Assembly: GCA_944389595.1 (NCBI GenBank)
Contig: CALXMY010000001.1
Coordinates: 169,532 to 233,531 of the forward strand
From: an uncultured Alphaproteobacteria bacterium
GTDB lineage: Bacteria > Pseudomonadota > Alphaproteobacteria > Rs-D84
Direction of reading: 5' to 3'
DNA length: 64,000 nucleotides
The translations under genes were made by a program, and so were the position numbers. The notes under the pieces were generated by a model, which was not told the origin of the DNA, did no database searches, and was given only the letters and a program-made list of their open reading frames with translations. Below, one piece after another: positions 1-10,573 of the stretch (positions within the stretch are counted from its first letter, which is position 1; each line of letters starts with the position of its first letter).

Positions 1-1832
1 TGCAACATTGTGCCGCCGGTGTATTTGCGTTGCAATTCTTCCTGGTGTTCCAGTGCAACAAACGGATCGTCCGTATAATTTACCGGCAATTGTGTCGAGT
101 TGGTGTAATACGGCGCATCATGGGTCCCGGCTGTAATAATATCCGGGAAATTTTTGACATCCGTTTTGGCAAAGCGGTATGAACAACCCTCGGCTGGGGT
201 GGCCTCCAGATTATACAGATTTCCTGTTTGTTCCTGGAATGTGGCCAGATTTTCGCGTATGAAATCCATTAAATCCAATACCAATTTTTTACCCATTGGG
301 GTTGCAATATTTTCACGGTCGTTGGTGAAATTACGCACCATTTCATTTGCACCATTTACACCAATTGTTGAAAAATGATGATCCCAATTGCCCAAATAAC
401 GGCGCGTAAATGGATACAGCCCGCGTTCCATATTTTTTGTAATTATGCGACGTTTAATTTCCAGTGAATCACGCGCCAAATCCAATAATCTTTTTAATTC
501 GCGGAACAAACCATCGCGGTCACCCTTGTGCGTATAGCCCAAACGAGCCAGGTTAATTGTTACAACGCCAATTGACCCCGTTTTTTCCGCGGAACCAAAC
601 AACCCGCCACCGCGTTTTAACAATTCACGCACATCCAAACGCAACCGACAACACATTGAACGAACGTCCGTCGGATTTAAATCTGAATTCAGGAAATTTT
701 GGAAATTTGGTGTTCCGTATTTTGCCGCCAAATCAAACAATGGTTTTACATTGGGGTGTTCCCATGGAAAATCCTTGGTAATATTATATGTTGGAATTGG
801 GAAAGTAAATGGCCGCCCCATGGCATCCCCTTCGGTCATGACCTCTAAAAATGCCTTGTTAACCATATCCATTTCAGCCTGCAGGTCACCATATGTAAAA
901 TCAACCTGCTTTTTACCGATAAAAGGATGCTGGGATTTTAAATCATCCGGGCATGTCCAATCGAATGTAAAGTTAATAAATGGTGTTTGTGTACCCCAGC
1001 GGCATGGCACCGCACAGTTAAATACCAATGTCTGCATAGCATTTTTTACATCGGCATATGACATGTTATCAATTCTGACATATGGTGCCAAATATGTATC
1101 GACCGATGAAAAAGCCTGGGCCCCGGCGAATTCATTTTGCAGCGTTCCCAGAAAATTCACCATGTGCGAAATTGCCGTTGCCATATGTTTTGCCGGTGCA
1201 CATTGCAAATAACCCGGAACACCGTTGAATCCCTCGTACAATAATTCGCGCAGTGACCAACCGGCGCAATACCCCGTCAGCCATCCCAAATCATGAATAT
1301 GTATAGATGCGTTTTTGTGGGCTTCGGCTATCTCGCGCGGGTACAAATTCAGCCAATATTCGGCCGTTACACGTTCGGATGTGCGCAAAATTAAACCACC
1401 AATTGAATAACCGATGTTTGCGTTTTCCTTGATACGCCAATTCGAACCGCCGACATAGCCTTCGATAACTTCGACTGCATCGACATATGAATCACGAATC
1501 TCGGTTCGTTTTTGACGATATATAATGTATGCTTCGGCTGTTTTATATGCATGCGCATCCATCAGTGATTCGATAACAGATTCCTGGACATCTTCGACTG
1601 TGGGGGTGGCGGCGGGAAATTTTGATTCCAATTTTGCCAATGCCGCGCGCGTAATATCAACAATTTGTTCATCAGAAATTTCGTGCGTTACATCAACAGC
1701 CTTTTTAACGGCATCAAAAATTTTTTTCGAATCAAATGGTACCGTTTCACCCGAACGTTTTTGCAACACTTTTAAATTAGTCGTAAGTGTTGGAATAATC
1801 TGTATTTTAACATTGTTTTCTGGTACTGACAT
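1..1832 (-). CDS. nrdD: anaerobic (class III) ribonucleoside-triphosphate reductase with N-terminal ATP cone; 3' end runs off the window
   Basis: Read manually on the minus strand from ATG at 1832: MSVPENNVKI...VLQKRSGETVPFDSKKIFDAVKKA (ATP cone), then IHDLGWLTGYCAGWSL, QNEFAGAQAFSS, GTQTPFINLTFDW, GRPFTFPIPTYNI, RSMCCRLRLD, GSIGVVTIN, HFSTIGVNG, NLEATPAEG. Absent from the ORF track because it is truncated. Confidence 0.95.
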   Translation of the reverse strand, partial: MSVPENNVKIQIIPTLTTNLKVLQKRSGETVPFDSKKIFDAVKKAVDVTHEISDEQIVDITRAALAKLESKFPAATPTVEDVQESVIESLMDAHAYKTAEAYIIYRQKRTEIRDSYVDAVEVIEGYVGGSNWRIKENANIGYSIGGLILRTSERVTAEYWLNLYPREIAEAHKNASIHIHDLGWLTGYCAGWSLRELLYEGFNGVPGYLQCAPAKHMATAISHMVNFLGTLQNEFAGAQAFSSVDTYLAPYVRIDNMSYADVKNAMQTLVFNCAVPCRWGTQTPFINFTFDWTCPDDLKSQHPFIGKKQVDFTYGDLQAEMDMVNKAFLEVMTEGDAMGRPFTFPIPTYNITKDFPWEHPNVKPLFDLAAKYGTPNFQNFLNSDLNPTDVRSMCCRLRLDVRELLKRGGGLFGSAEKTGSIGVVTINLARLGYTHKGDRDGLFRELKRLLDLARDSLEIKRRIITKNMERGLYPFTRRYLGNWDHHFSTIGVNGANEMVRNFTNDRENIATPMGKKLVLDLMDFIRENLATFQEQTGNLYNLEATPAEGCSYRFAKTDVKNFPDIITAGTHDAPYYTNSTQLPVNYTDDPFVALEHQEELQRKYTGGTML

Positions 1833-1856
1833 TTTTTGCACCTTAATATATAATAA

Positions 1857-1906
1857 ACTCAATATATAGTGGTTGTTTTTGTTATTTGGTAACAATATAT
1901 AGTATA
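1857..1906. promoter_or_regulatory. tandem NrdR boxes upstream of nrdD
   Basis: CAATATATAGT occurs at 1860 and 1893 (33 bp apart), matching the NrdR-box consensus and the usual tandem spacing. Confidence 0.8.
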
Positions 1907-2087
1907 ACGAGTTTTGGGGCAACATATAAAAATGAAAAAAAATTTTATTTTTTGCTTTACTTTTTAAAATGTGGATTTTCCGGGGTGTTGGTGCCGATGC
2001 GATTCATGCGAATCGCATACTAAACATAATTTTGTATGCAAAAAATATGATTTTTTTCGTGGGAAATGATTCGTTTTTTTAATAAAT

Positions 2088-2134
2088 ACACAAAATATAG
2101 ATGTGTTTTTGCGAATCAACAACTATATATTGAC
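2088..2134. promoter_or_regulatory. second pair of NrdR-like boxes
   Basis: ACACAAAATATAGATG (~2088) and ACAACTATATATTGAC (~2119) are ~31 bp apart; the second is the reverse complement of the proximal box core. Confidence 0.55.
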
Positions 2135-2279
2135 AAAACGTAATGCTGTGCTGTGTTTTTGGCAACTGCTTTTTAATGATTTGATTATGGATTGTTTTTG
2201 CGGATTTTTTTTATTAAATATATTGACAAAAAATAAAAAAGTCTTATATTTTAAGTGTGAAAACCAAAGGGGATGCAAA

Positions 2280-2831
2280 ATGCAAAAACGTGTAAATTTT
2301 GCAATTTTTGATATTTTAAAATCTGTGGTGGATTCCCGTATGCCTGATTTGGTATATCGCAATGCACATGCCACGGCCGCCAAGGAAAAAATTTCAAGTT
2401 TGCAATCGCAGATTCGCACTTTGCAAAAATTTGCCGAAATCAACCGATATGATAGTTCCGATGTCAAAGATGCCACGGGTAAAATTGTTGATTGCGAATA
2501 CGAAATCAAGGAATTGGAAAAAAGCGCATCAAATTTGCATTTTGTACGTTCGGAATTAAATGCATCGGCCGAATTTTATCATATATATGATGCTGTTTCA
2601 AAATCTGTGCAATTACAAAAGTATTATGACGAATATGCCAGATTAAATGAAAAAGCTGATGATTTATCCGAATTAATGTTTGCATGTGATATAAATAATG
2701 ACCCAAAATCACGCAGTTCTGACATTTGTAACCAAGCAATAGCAGATTACGAGATGTACACAAAATCATATGATGAAATAATTAACAGAATAAATATTTT
2801 AAGAGGTAAAATTGCAGAGTTGCAACGTTAA
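2280..2831 (+). CDS. hypothetical coiled-coil protein, C-terminus ...KIAELQR
   Basis: ATG at 2280 is preceded by an AAAGGGG SD and a TTGACA promoter at ~2223; heptad-rich; no recognisable domain. Confidence 0.75.
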   Translation: MQKRVNFAIFDILKSVVDSRMPDLVYRNAHATAAKEKISSLQSQIRTLQKFAEINRYDSSDVKDATGKIVDCEYEIKELEKSASNLHFVRSELNASAEFYHIYDAVSKSVQLQKYYDEYARLNEKADDLSELMFACDINNDPKSRSSDICNQAIADYEMYTKSYDEIINRINILRGKIAELQR

Positions 2832-2869
2832 ATCTGTTATTTTGTTCATCCCCAGTCAAAGGAATTTTT

Positions 2870-3523
2870 ATGCCGGTATTATCTGATGATCAAATGAAAC
2901 AAATTTTGGAATATAATATAGACAGGATTTATTTTGGTCAGTTAAACACTAAAAGTTTATATAATGCATTGGATAGGGTTAAACATAATGCAAATGAAAA
3001 CTTTACATATATAAATATCGGCCGAATAACCAACAAAACGATATGTACGATATTGTGGCGCGAAATGTCATATAACCCTATGCGTTTTGGGGACGAATCG
3101 CCGTTCAAGCATAATGGAAAAAACAATCTGTTTCATTTTTGTAAAACACCCGGTAAATATAAATCCATAGATACCGAAAAAATTATGAATGATATTCGGT
3201 GGCATATAAAGGAATTTTTAAAACTGAATTCTGTAAATAATTCGTGGAGTAATTCCATATCGGCACCTGATGGATTGGTACGCATTGGGGTTGATGAATT
3301 TGGAAATCCTGATAAAACATATTCTATGTTAATGCATTTATGCACATGCATACAAATAATAGCGCGCCAAAATATCGCAGATTTTAAAAATAAAAAAAAT
3401 GTATGGCGCAATTGCATTATTGCAAATGCCGCCAAACGTCATCCCACGGGATTTCGCAGTTTCAGATATGCCAATATTGACCCCAGATACGCGCATTTAA
3501 TAGCGAATCAACGGCAACGATAA
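2870..3523 (+). CDS. hypothetical protein, C-terminus ...IANQRQR
   Basis: 217-aa ORF with AAAGGA SD; no recognisable family. Confidence 0.75.
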   Translation: MPVLSDDQMKQILEYNIDRIYFGQLNTKSLYNALDRVKHNANENFTYINIGRITNKTICTILWREMSYNPMRFGDESPFKHNGKNNLFHFCKTPGKYKSIDTEKIMNDIRWHIKEFLKLNSVNNSWSNSISAPDGLVRIGVDEFGNPDKTYSMLMHLCTCIQIIARQNIADFKNKKNVWRNCIIANAAKRHPTGFRSFRYANIDPRYAHLIANQRQR

Positions 3524-3529
3524 AATATA

Positions 3530-4771
3530 TTACTTACATATTGCAATATATGGTGGTAACGATTTTTCTGAATCTATTTCACCATCACCGCAATCCATGC
3601 AATTAAATTTTCTGTTTTGTGAATGCGCAGCATCCAATGGTATTGTGTGGCCGCGAATATCTTCGATATTATTTGCATATGAATATGTCGGAAAACCGAA
3701 ATAAAATCCACGATTTGGCCCATTACATTCATCCGGATTACCCGGGTAACATGCCGGATTGTTGATTTTTGATGGATCGGGCACACATGTTGTTTCGCAT
3801 GTGTCATAATTTGTAACCATTTTTTCACAATCTGTGCATGACGAAGACGGCACACGTATACTGGTTCCCACGGGGCCCAATATGACACCCTGGGTTAATG
3901 TTTCGCACTTTTTTAATTTTTCTGTTGTTGTTGGGTCGGCCACACATTCCCATTCCAGCGTGGTGTAATTTAATCGTGCGGTCATGCCATCGGGACAAAC
4001 CTTTTCCGGAAAAGGATTTACGCATTCCCACACACTGTCAACCAAAACGGCGGTTTGTTGTTCCGCGCATAACGGTTTTTTTGATTCGTCCGCGACACAC
4101 GCCATTAATTCGGAATCCCAAATCATATCACCACCACAATCAGTTTTGGTATTATACCCAATACATTGCCAACGGCCAAAACGATATGTTTTTATTGTTC
4201 CAATCGGACAAATTACATCGGTTTGTACCGGGGCAGAAAATACCGTTTCCGTGTCTGGGATTTCATATTGTGTCATATATACCAATTGGCCATTTGATAA
4301 ATTCATTTTGGATATTATTGTATCAGGAACAATACGTGCGCCGGCCGTTCCGCCGACCATGATTTTACCGTCCATAAATATTCCAAATGTGCCCGCATCG
4401 GGGAAATATTCTTCTAAAATTTCCAGCATATTATTATAATCGCCGGTATCAATTGGGGCGGTCGCAGTGATAATATAACTGTATTCAGGGCGACGGTTAC
4501 GAACAATTTCACAACTGGTTTCGCGCATGCTGGCATTCAGGCATATAAATTGACTTTGTATATTATTTTGTTCGATGCATACATCCTGGAAATTGGTGCC
4601 GGTTATTTGTGCGTTTTGCATTGCCACGGCACATTCGGCAATTCCGCGCAGGTCAGATTTATTCACCGCATATTCAGTTTCCTGTTCAACAACACGTTGA
4701 CTGGGGCTGCTGATCATATAAAAGCCGACCATAAATACCGCCACCAAAATCATCATAAAAATATTCATCAT
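3530..4771 (-). CDS. membrane-anchored cysteine-rich surface protein (pilin/adhesin-like)
   Basis: N-terminal hydrophobic helix, then an amphipathic helix and a C-terminal half with repeated W-x-C/CxxC motifs; AAGGGGG SD. Confidence 0.7.
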   Translation of the reverse strand: MMNIFMMILVAVFMVGFYMISSPSQRVVEQETEYAVNKSDLRGIAECAVAMQNAQITGTNFQDVCIEQNNIQSQFICLNASMRETSCEIVRNRRPEYSYIITATAPIDTGDYNNMLEILEEYFPDAGTFGIFMDGKIMVGGTAGARIVPDTIISKMNLSNGQLVYMTQYEIPDTETVFSAPVQTDVICPIGTIKTYRFGRWQCIGYNTKTDCGGDMIWDSELMACVADESKKPLCAEQQTAVLVDSVWECVNPFPEKVCPDGMTARLNYTTLEWECVADPTTTEKLKKCETLTQGVILGPVGTSIRVPSSSCTDCEKMVTNYDTCETTCVPDPSKINNPACYPGNPDECNGPNRGFYFGFPTYSYANNIEDIRGHTIPLDAAHSQNRKFNCMDCGDGEIDSEKSLPPYIAICK

Positions 4772-4847
4772 TCCCCCTTGCGATTTATTAAAACTCTAGG
4801 TAATATATGCATGAAATGCAACAGGAAAAACAATATTCATAAATAAA

Positions 4848-5333
4848 ATGAAAAAATATATATTGCTTTTGTTATTAACATCATGTGGTTTTCAACCAAT
4901 GTATACCGAACGCGATACAGATATTTATGTCGCACCAATCAGTGGCATAAATGGGATTGAATTGCGAAACAGTTTAAATACAAAATTTGGTGGTGTGCAT
5001 GATGCTGATGCAAAATATACATTAACGGTAAATTTGCGCAATCCTGTTACGCGGTACAAGGGACTGGAGGTCACCGGTGATGCCACATGGCAGGAAATCG
5101 TCCTGACGGCCAGTTATAATTTAACCGCAAACGGTAAACGAATTGCGCGTGGCACGGAAAGTGCATCCGAATCGTATACTTTTGTGCGATATTTGGTTGC
5201 GGCAAATGCATCGTATAATAACGCAGTGCAAAATACTATCCAGGTTTTGGCCGATAAAATCGGAACACGTGTTATTGCGGAAACGTATAAACATGAAAAC
5301 AACAGTTCAAAAACCGATACGGCAAAAAAATAA
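4848..5333 (+). CDS. lptE: LPS assembly lipoprotein LptE-like
   Basis: Lipobox LTSC followed by GFQPMY; conserved position directly upstream of holA. Confidence 0.8.
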   Translation: MKKYILLLLLTSCGFQPMYTERDTDIYVAPISGINGIELRNSLNTKFGGVHDADAKYTLTVNLRNPVTRYKGLEVTGDATWQEIVLTASYNLTANGKRIARGTESASESYTFVRYLVAANASYNNAVQNTIQVLADKIGTRVIAETYKHENNSSKTDTAKK

Positions 5334-6322
5334 TGAAATGGAAAGAATCTGATTTTAAAGACGGAATTTCAAAAATTCGTGCCGTACTGATTTATGGGCC
5401 TGATGCCGGCCAGGCGGATGAATTTTGTGACCGTGCAATTGAAATTTTGGAAATTGAAAAAGATAATCTGTTTTCATTGGATGCGGACGAATTACGTGAT
5501 AAACAGGATGCTTTGTTCGCCGAAAGTTGCAGCCCATCTATGTTTGGTGGGCGTAAAATGGTAATAATATCAAATGCCGGGGACAGTGATGCGCAATTAA
5601 TCAATGATTTGGTATCGCATAATGGATTGTGTGCAACTGTAATTATTACGGCGGGTGATTTACGTGCGGGCGGCGGATTGCGCAGTTTGTTTGAAACGGG
5701 CGATAATATTGCGGCATTACCGTGCTATACGGATGATGCACGTACGTTGGCAACGTTGATTCGACGCGAATTATCGGCGGAATCGGGTATTCAGCAAATC
5801 ACCCCGGATGCAATGGCGTATATGACATCGCACCTGGGTGGGGATCGCGGCATTACACGCGGATTTTTGGCAAAAATTGCATTATATGTCAGTGATAAAA
5901 AAATTGTCGAATTGGATGATGTGGAAAAATGTTTGCCTGATACCGGCGCGGCGAATACAGACGATTATTTATATTCATTAACGGCGGGCCATGTTTATCA
6001 GACAATGGTTGCGCTGGATAGATTATTGTATGATAATTCTGATGCCAATATGTTGGTGCGCATGCTGAATGTGCATTTTAAACGTTTGTTAAGTGCCGTT
6101 GTCGATGGGCAATTGCCGCGATTATTTTGGAAGGTCGCAGAAAAGTTTAACCAGGCTGTAAAAATATGGCCGGAAAAGGAAATCGTCGCGGTATTACAGC
6201 GTTTAAACGAATTGGAAAAACAAATACGAACGACAGGAATGCCGGGCGAGATATTGCTGCGTGATTTTTCGTTGAAATTGGCAATGCGTGCGGCAAAATT
6301 GGCCATAAAACGAAGGAAATAA
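5333..6322 (+). CDS. holA: DNA polymerase III subunit delta
   Basis: AVLIYGPDAG, SMFGGRK and CYTDD motifs; lptE-holA synteny. Confidence 0.92.
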   Translation: MKWKESDFKDGISKIRAVLIYGPDAGQADEFCDRAIEILEIEKDNLFSLDADELRDKQDALFAESCSPSMFGGRKMVIISNAGDSDAQLINDLVSHNGLCATVIITAGDLRAGGGLRSLFETGDNIAALPCYTDDARTLATLIRRELSAESGIQQITPDAMAYMTSHLGGDRGITRGFLAKIALYVSDKKIVELDDVEKCLPDTGAANTDDYLYSLTAGHVYQTMVALDRLLYDNSDANMLVRMLNVHFKRLLSAVVDGQLPRLFWKVAEKFNQAVKIWPEKEIVAVLQRLNELEKQIRTTGMPGEILLRDFSLKLAMRAAKLAIKRRK

Positions 6323-6324
6323 AA

Positions 6325-7086
6325 ATGTTATCATCTGTTTACGCGCCCAAAGATTTCAAACGTTTGCGCGTTGTTGGCGATTTGGTTGCGCGTTGTTTTG
6401 ATTATATAACACCATTTGTACGCGCCGGAATATCAACCGGTGAAATTGACCGCATTGTCGCAGAATTTTTGCGCGCAAATGGCGCACGTTCATCTGATTT
6501 GGGGTACCAGGGTTATCCAAAAAGCATATGTACATCTGTTAATGATGTCATTGTTCACGGAATCCCCAGTGATGATGTAATATTAAAAGATGGCGATATT
6601 GTTAATGTTGATTTAACCGCCGAATACAAGGGTTTCCATGGTGATTCGTCGCGTATGTTTATGATTGGCAACGTTTCGCCGCGTGCGCGTGAATTGGTTC
6701 AAACGTGCCAGGATGCATTGAATGCGGCAATATCTGTTTGTGCACCGGGTGTGCCATTATCTGAAATTGGGAAAACAATTGAATCGGTGGTTAATCCACA
6801 TGGCTTTTCAATATCACGTGATTTTGTCGGTCATGGTATTGGCAAGGTCATGCATGATGACCCCCAGATTTATCATTTTTATGACAAGCATTGGGATAAA
6901 GTAAAAATGGTCCCAGGATTGGTTTTTACAATTGAACCAATGATAAATACCGGGCGACCCGAATGTAAAATTGATGCCGATGGATGGACCGCACGTACGG
7001 TTGATGGTGGACTGTCGGCACAATGGGAACACACATTGGGCATTACCGAAGATGGGGTTATAATTTTTACAGAAAAAATGGTATAA
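6325..7086 (+). CDS. map: methionine aminopeptidase type I
   Basis: CTSVNDVIVHGIP, GHGIG, FTIEPMIN and SAQWEHT motifs. Confidence 0.97.
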   Translation: MLSSVYAPKDFKRLRVVGDLVARCFDYITPFVRAGISTGEIDRIVAEFLRANGARSSDLGYQGYPKSICTSVNDVIVHGIPSDDVILKDGDIVNVDLTAEYKGFHGDSSRMFMIGNVSPRARELVQTCQDALNAAISVCAPGVPLSEIGKTIESVVNPHGFSISRDFVGHGIGKVMHDDPQIYHFYDKHWDKVKMVPGLVFTIEPMINTGRPECKIDADGWTARTVDGGLSAQWEHTLGITEDGVIIFTEKMV

Positions 7087-7092
7087 ATTGTC

Positions 7093-7779
7093 GTGAAACC
7101 AAATGACAACGATTTAGATTTTCACAATGGTCACCGCGAACGTTTGCGTCGTAAATTTTTGGATGACAAATTGGCGGATTACGAATTATTGGAATTATTG
7201 TTAAGTTTTGTCATCCCGCGTCGCGATGTTCGGCCATTGGCACGCGGATTAATTGAAAAATTTGGTGGTGTGTATCCTGTTATTACCGCGCCGATTAATA
7301 AATTGATGGAATTCAAGGGTATCGGGCGCAATACGGCAATTTTTATAAAGGCAATTCATAAAATTATGATTGCCGGATATAAATCCACATTGGACCGTGA
7401 AACAATATTTCATAATGATAAAATTTTGCGCAATTATTGTTTACTGTCCATGGCCGGCAAGGATAAAGAAGAAGTTCGCGTATTATACCTGGATGATGAC
7501 AGACGTTTATTGGCGGATGATTTGCATACGATTGGTACTGTGGATTGGGCAACCACATACCCGCGCGAGATATTAAAGCGTGCATTGGAATTAAACGCAA
7601 ATTCAATATTAATGGTTCATAATCATCCAAAACCTAATACATCGTTTTCAAGTGATGATATAAAATTAACCAAACAGGTTATGGCCATATTGGCAACTGT
7701 TGATATTGCGTTAATTGATCATTATGTTGTATCGGGTGGCGTTGTTTATTCTGCGCGTAATTTATTTTTGTTAAAATAA
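7093..7779 (+). CDS. radC: RadC / UPF0758 JAB-domain protein
   Basis: GHRERLR, ELLELLL, YPREI, VHNHP and DH motifs. Confidence 0.93.
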   Translation: MKPNDNDLDFHNGHRERLRRKFLDDKLADYELLELLLSFVIPRRDVRPLARGLIEKFGGVYPVITAPINKLMEFKGIGRNTAIFIKAIHKIMIAGYKSTLDRETIFHNDKILRNYCLLSMAGKDKEEVRVLYLDDDRRLLADDLHTIGTVDWATTYPREILKRALELNANSILMVHNHPKPNTSFSSDDIKLTKQVMAILATVDIALIDHYVVSGGVVYSARNLFLLK

Positions 7780-8391
7780 ATCTGAAACATCACATACGAT
7801 TTTCATTTGCTGGGGCGTGTGCGATATCATTTTCCCATTATTAAATGTATACATGGTGCGTGTCGCCATTGTTGGGGTATCCCATGATGTGTCCCAATTA
7901 CGTGATATTTTAATAACCTGAAAATCAGGATTGAAAATAAATTGTAATTTTTGTAATGCGCATTCGGCACCTTCGGTTGTGCGAAATCCATCAGGTGTAA
8001 TATCAACAAATTTGCCATTTTCATTTAATTCTATTTTATATTGATAATAAAAATGACTGGTGCCGTTTTCATTGCGTGTACGGGTTATTCGGTCCATGCG
8101 ACCATCGCCATTTATATCGCGATTAAATATATCGCGTTCCGATATACCGGCACCATATTCGTCCAGTTGATATTTTTCTGCGGAATCTGGATTTATCAAC
8201 CCATCAGAAAATTCACCGGTATTGTTGGTATTAATAGGCATCTGAATATTTGGTGATTGAACACCGCCCGAACGTATAATTTTTGGCACCGGCCCCCCGG
8301 CCAAGATATAAATTAATACCGCGATTATCGCAAACATAATAATCAGCAAAATATTAAATAATATATTCCCAGATTGTTGGTTGGTTTTCAT
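7771..8391 (-). CDS. membrane-anchored protein with prepilin-like N-terminus
   Basis: MKTNQQSG/NILFNILLIIMFAII resembles a class III signal; DINGDG Ca-binding-like loop; start overlaps the upstream stop (ATGA). Confidence 0.7.
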   Translation of the reverse strand: MKTNQQSGNILFNILLIIMFAIIAVLIYILAGGPVPKIIRSGGVQSPNIQMPINTNNTGEFSDGLINPDSAEKYQLDEYGAGISERDIFNRDINGDGRMDRITRTRNENGTSHFYYQYKIELNENGKFVDITPDGFRTTEGAECALQKLQFIFNPDFQVIKISRNWDTSWDTPTMATRTMYTFNNGKMISHTPQQMKIVCDVSDLF

Positions 8392-9437
8392 GATAATTTC
8401 CTTTGTATTTTGATAATACGTCCGGTTTCCCATCCTTCGATTTGACGTATTGCATCAACGACACGCGATAATTCGGCATCGGTTAAATCACTTATTCTTC
8501 GATTAATGGACAGTCCGGTCAATTCTTGGATTCTTCTGCGATATGCCGCTGTATCATTTTCAACAGGCGGTGCATATCTGCTGATTGCGGCGGCAATGGT
8601 TAATTGATTATAACTGTCCCCGCGCAGCAACATTTCTATGGCACGGATACCGGTTTCTTCGTCTGGGAAAACCGCAAACCCGCCGGCCTGTCCAATTGCG
8701 CCGGCTTTTCGGGTAAATTCCGAATAACGAATATTTCCGGGATTATTATTTCGCCATGCACGTGTGCCCCCGGTACGGCGATATTGTGTGCCATCGGGAT
8801 ATGTGTATATAACATCCGATGACATTTCGTGGGCCCGATTTGGCCGACCGTGATTTTCATACTCTGTGTTTGTGTCATTAATTGAAAAAAATGCATTTTC
8901 GTCTGATGAAACAGTTACTGTTTCCAAATTTGGTGGATTGTCCGGTGTTGTTAATGGTGCATCAGAATACGGTGTTTCACTTAATGATACATCATATATT
9001 GCCCCAGAATCAGAAATTTCCAAATTTTCATACAAATTAAATTCATCATATTCGGACAGTTCTAAATTTCGTGCATCCAATATTTCATTTAATTCCGCAA
9101 TTGAAACGCGTATTGTACGACAACCGCGCGCAAATAAATCATCGCCCCATATCAGATTTACAATTGGTATTACCGCGGACAGTGTTCCAAACATTATAAT
9201 TAAATTACGCAAATTAGTAAAATAATCAGTCTTTGCCCCGCGTATCATTGATATTGCCCACCCAAATAAAAACATGGCGGTAATACAAACGATGATAATC
9301 CATGCGTATTCAATAAATGTTTCAAAACTGCGCAAAATGCATGATGGATCTTCCAGATATAAATATGTTTCATCCGTTCCCAAAATATGGAAACCGGAAT
9401 TTTGCAACATTCTAAGAATTATATCCGTATTCATCAC
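8388..9437 (-). CDS. membrane protein with C-terminal RNNNPGN (phage 'P5'/lysozyme-like) domain
   Basis: Two N-terminal TM helices, an acidic linker, then GGTRAWRNNNPGNIR...GFAVF...ISRYAPPVENDT...IEGW. Confidence 0.75.
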   Translation of the reverse strand: MMNTDIILRMLQNSGFHILGTDETYLYLEDPSCILRSFETFIEYAWIIIVCITAMFLFGWAISMIRGAKTDYFTNLRNLIIMFGTLSAVIPIVNLIWGDDLFARGCRTIRVSIAELNEILDARNLELSEYDEFNLYENLEISDSGAIYDVSLSETPYSDAPLTTPDNPPNLETVTVSSDENAFFSINDTNTEYENHGRPNRAHEMSSDVIYTYPDGTQYRRTGGTRAWRNNNPGNIRYSEFTRKAGAIGQAGGFAVFPDEETGIRAIEMLLRGDSYNQLTIAAAISRYAPPVENDTAAYRRRIQELTGLSINRRISDLTDAELSRVVDAIRQIEGWETGRIIKIQRKLS

Positions 9438-9452
9438 AAATCATTATTAAAC

Positions 9453-10490
9453 CTATTTTTTGGATGCGGCATTTGTAAAAAATCCAGGAATTGAAAAATC
9501 GTCGTCATTTGCCGCAATTCCGGCCCATCCAAATAAATCGCCCATTAATCCAGAATCGTCGCGTTTTGCCTTTTTAAACGGTAAAATATTTTTTAGTTTA
9601 CCGATTTTGCTGTGTGTTTCGTTTTTTTGTGGGGTTGGAATTTTATCCTGGGTCGCGGCGAATTCGGTGGCCAATTGTTCCAATGTTGCATCGGTATCAT
9701 CGGCCACGGTATCGGTAATTTCATCCAATGAAATATCTGTATCGGTAATATCGCTGTCATCCATGCCGGTTTCATCGGTGACATCTTCGCGCAGGGGGGT
9801 CATACTTTCCAACAATTGTTCCAATGTTTTTTCAACCGGCGCATCGGGCGCGTCATCTGTTATCATATCGGCAATTTCGGCACTGGATTTTTGTACCACT
9901 GCATCATCAGTTTCGTCATTGTCATCATCATTATCAATCACAGTTTTTTCATCGGTCACTGTAACATCAGTATCAGTAATTGTATCGGCATCATCCATGT
10001 TATCGGGCTGATTTATGCCGTCATCCGATTTGGCGGCCAAAATTGACAATATTGGAATAATTTTTTCATTGTCCTGGGCCACTGGGGCATCGGGGACAAT
10101 TGTTGTATCAATATCGGTATTTTTTGTTTCTTTATCTGATTTTGGGGTATCAGTGTCAGATTCGTCCGTCTTTGCACGTGCCCGTGATTTACGTGTATTT
10201 GCCTTTTTATGGGCGGGTGGTGTTACAACATCGTCATTTTGTGCACTGATTGGTGGTTGTGCCGTGACAACATCAATTTGTTCGGAATCCGCGCATACCG
10301 GATTATCAGATGCCATTTTTATATCACCGTCATTTACATTATTAAATGCGTCATCGCTGTCAACCGGTACCCCAAACAAGATTGTGTCACGCGCCAATCC
10401 CAATGTGCTGCGAACCTCTTCAAAAGCGGCGCGAATATCGGCCATATCAAACACTTCATTACCAGAAATATAAATGATTTTAGTTTTCAT
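9453..10490 (-). CDS. acidic, largely disordered hypothetical protein
   Basis: 345 aa; Asp/Thr-rich low-complexity centre between ordered-looking N- and C-termini. Confidence 0.75.
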   Translation of the reverse strand: MKTKIIYISGNEVFDMADIRAAFEEVRSTLGLARDTILFGVPVDSDDAFNNVNDGDIKMASDNPVCADSEQIDVVTAQPPISAQNDDVVTPPAHKKANTRKSRARAKTDESDTDTPKSDKETKNTDIDTTIVPDAPVAQDNEKIIPILSILAAKSDDGINQPDNMDDADTITDTDVTVTDEKTVIDNDDDNDETDDAVVQKSSAEIADMITDDAPDAPVEKTLEQLLESMTPLREDVTDETGMDDSDITDTDISLDEITDTVADDTDATLEQLATEFAATQDKIPTPQKNETHSKIGKLKNILPFKKAKRDDSGLMGDLFGWAGIAANDDDFSIPGFFTNAASKK

Positions 10491-10573
10491 TGAAATAATT
10501 CCCCCAACTAGATGTGAATACTATATCACATTTTGCTGTTGAACGCATCCAAAAAATATCTTACACTGGGATT

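Noticed and set aside
154-1869. Plus-strand ORFs over nrdD and other long antisense ORFs (e.g. 28184-28984, 59069-59788, 63434-63985)
   Set aside because: They are shadows of well-supported genes on the opposite strand.
7093-7779. RadC as a marker of a mobile element
   Set aside because: It is a full-length chromosomal type in the usual map-radC context.
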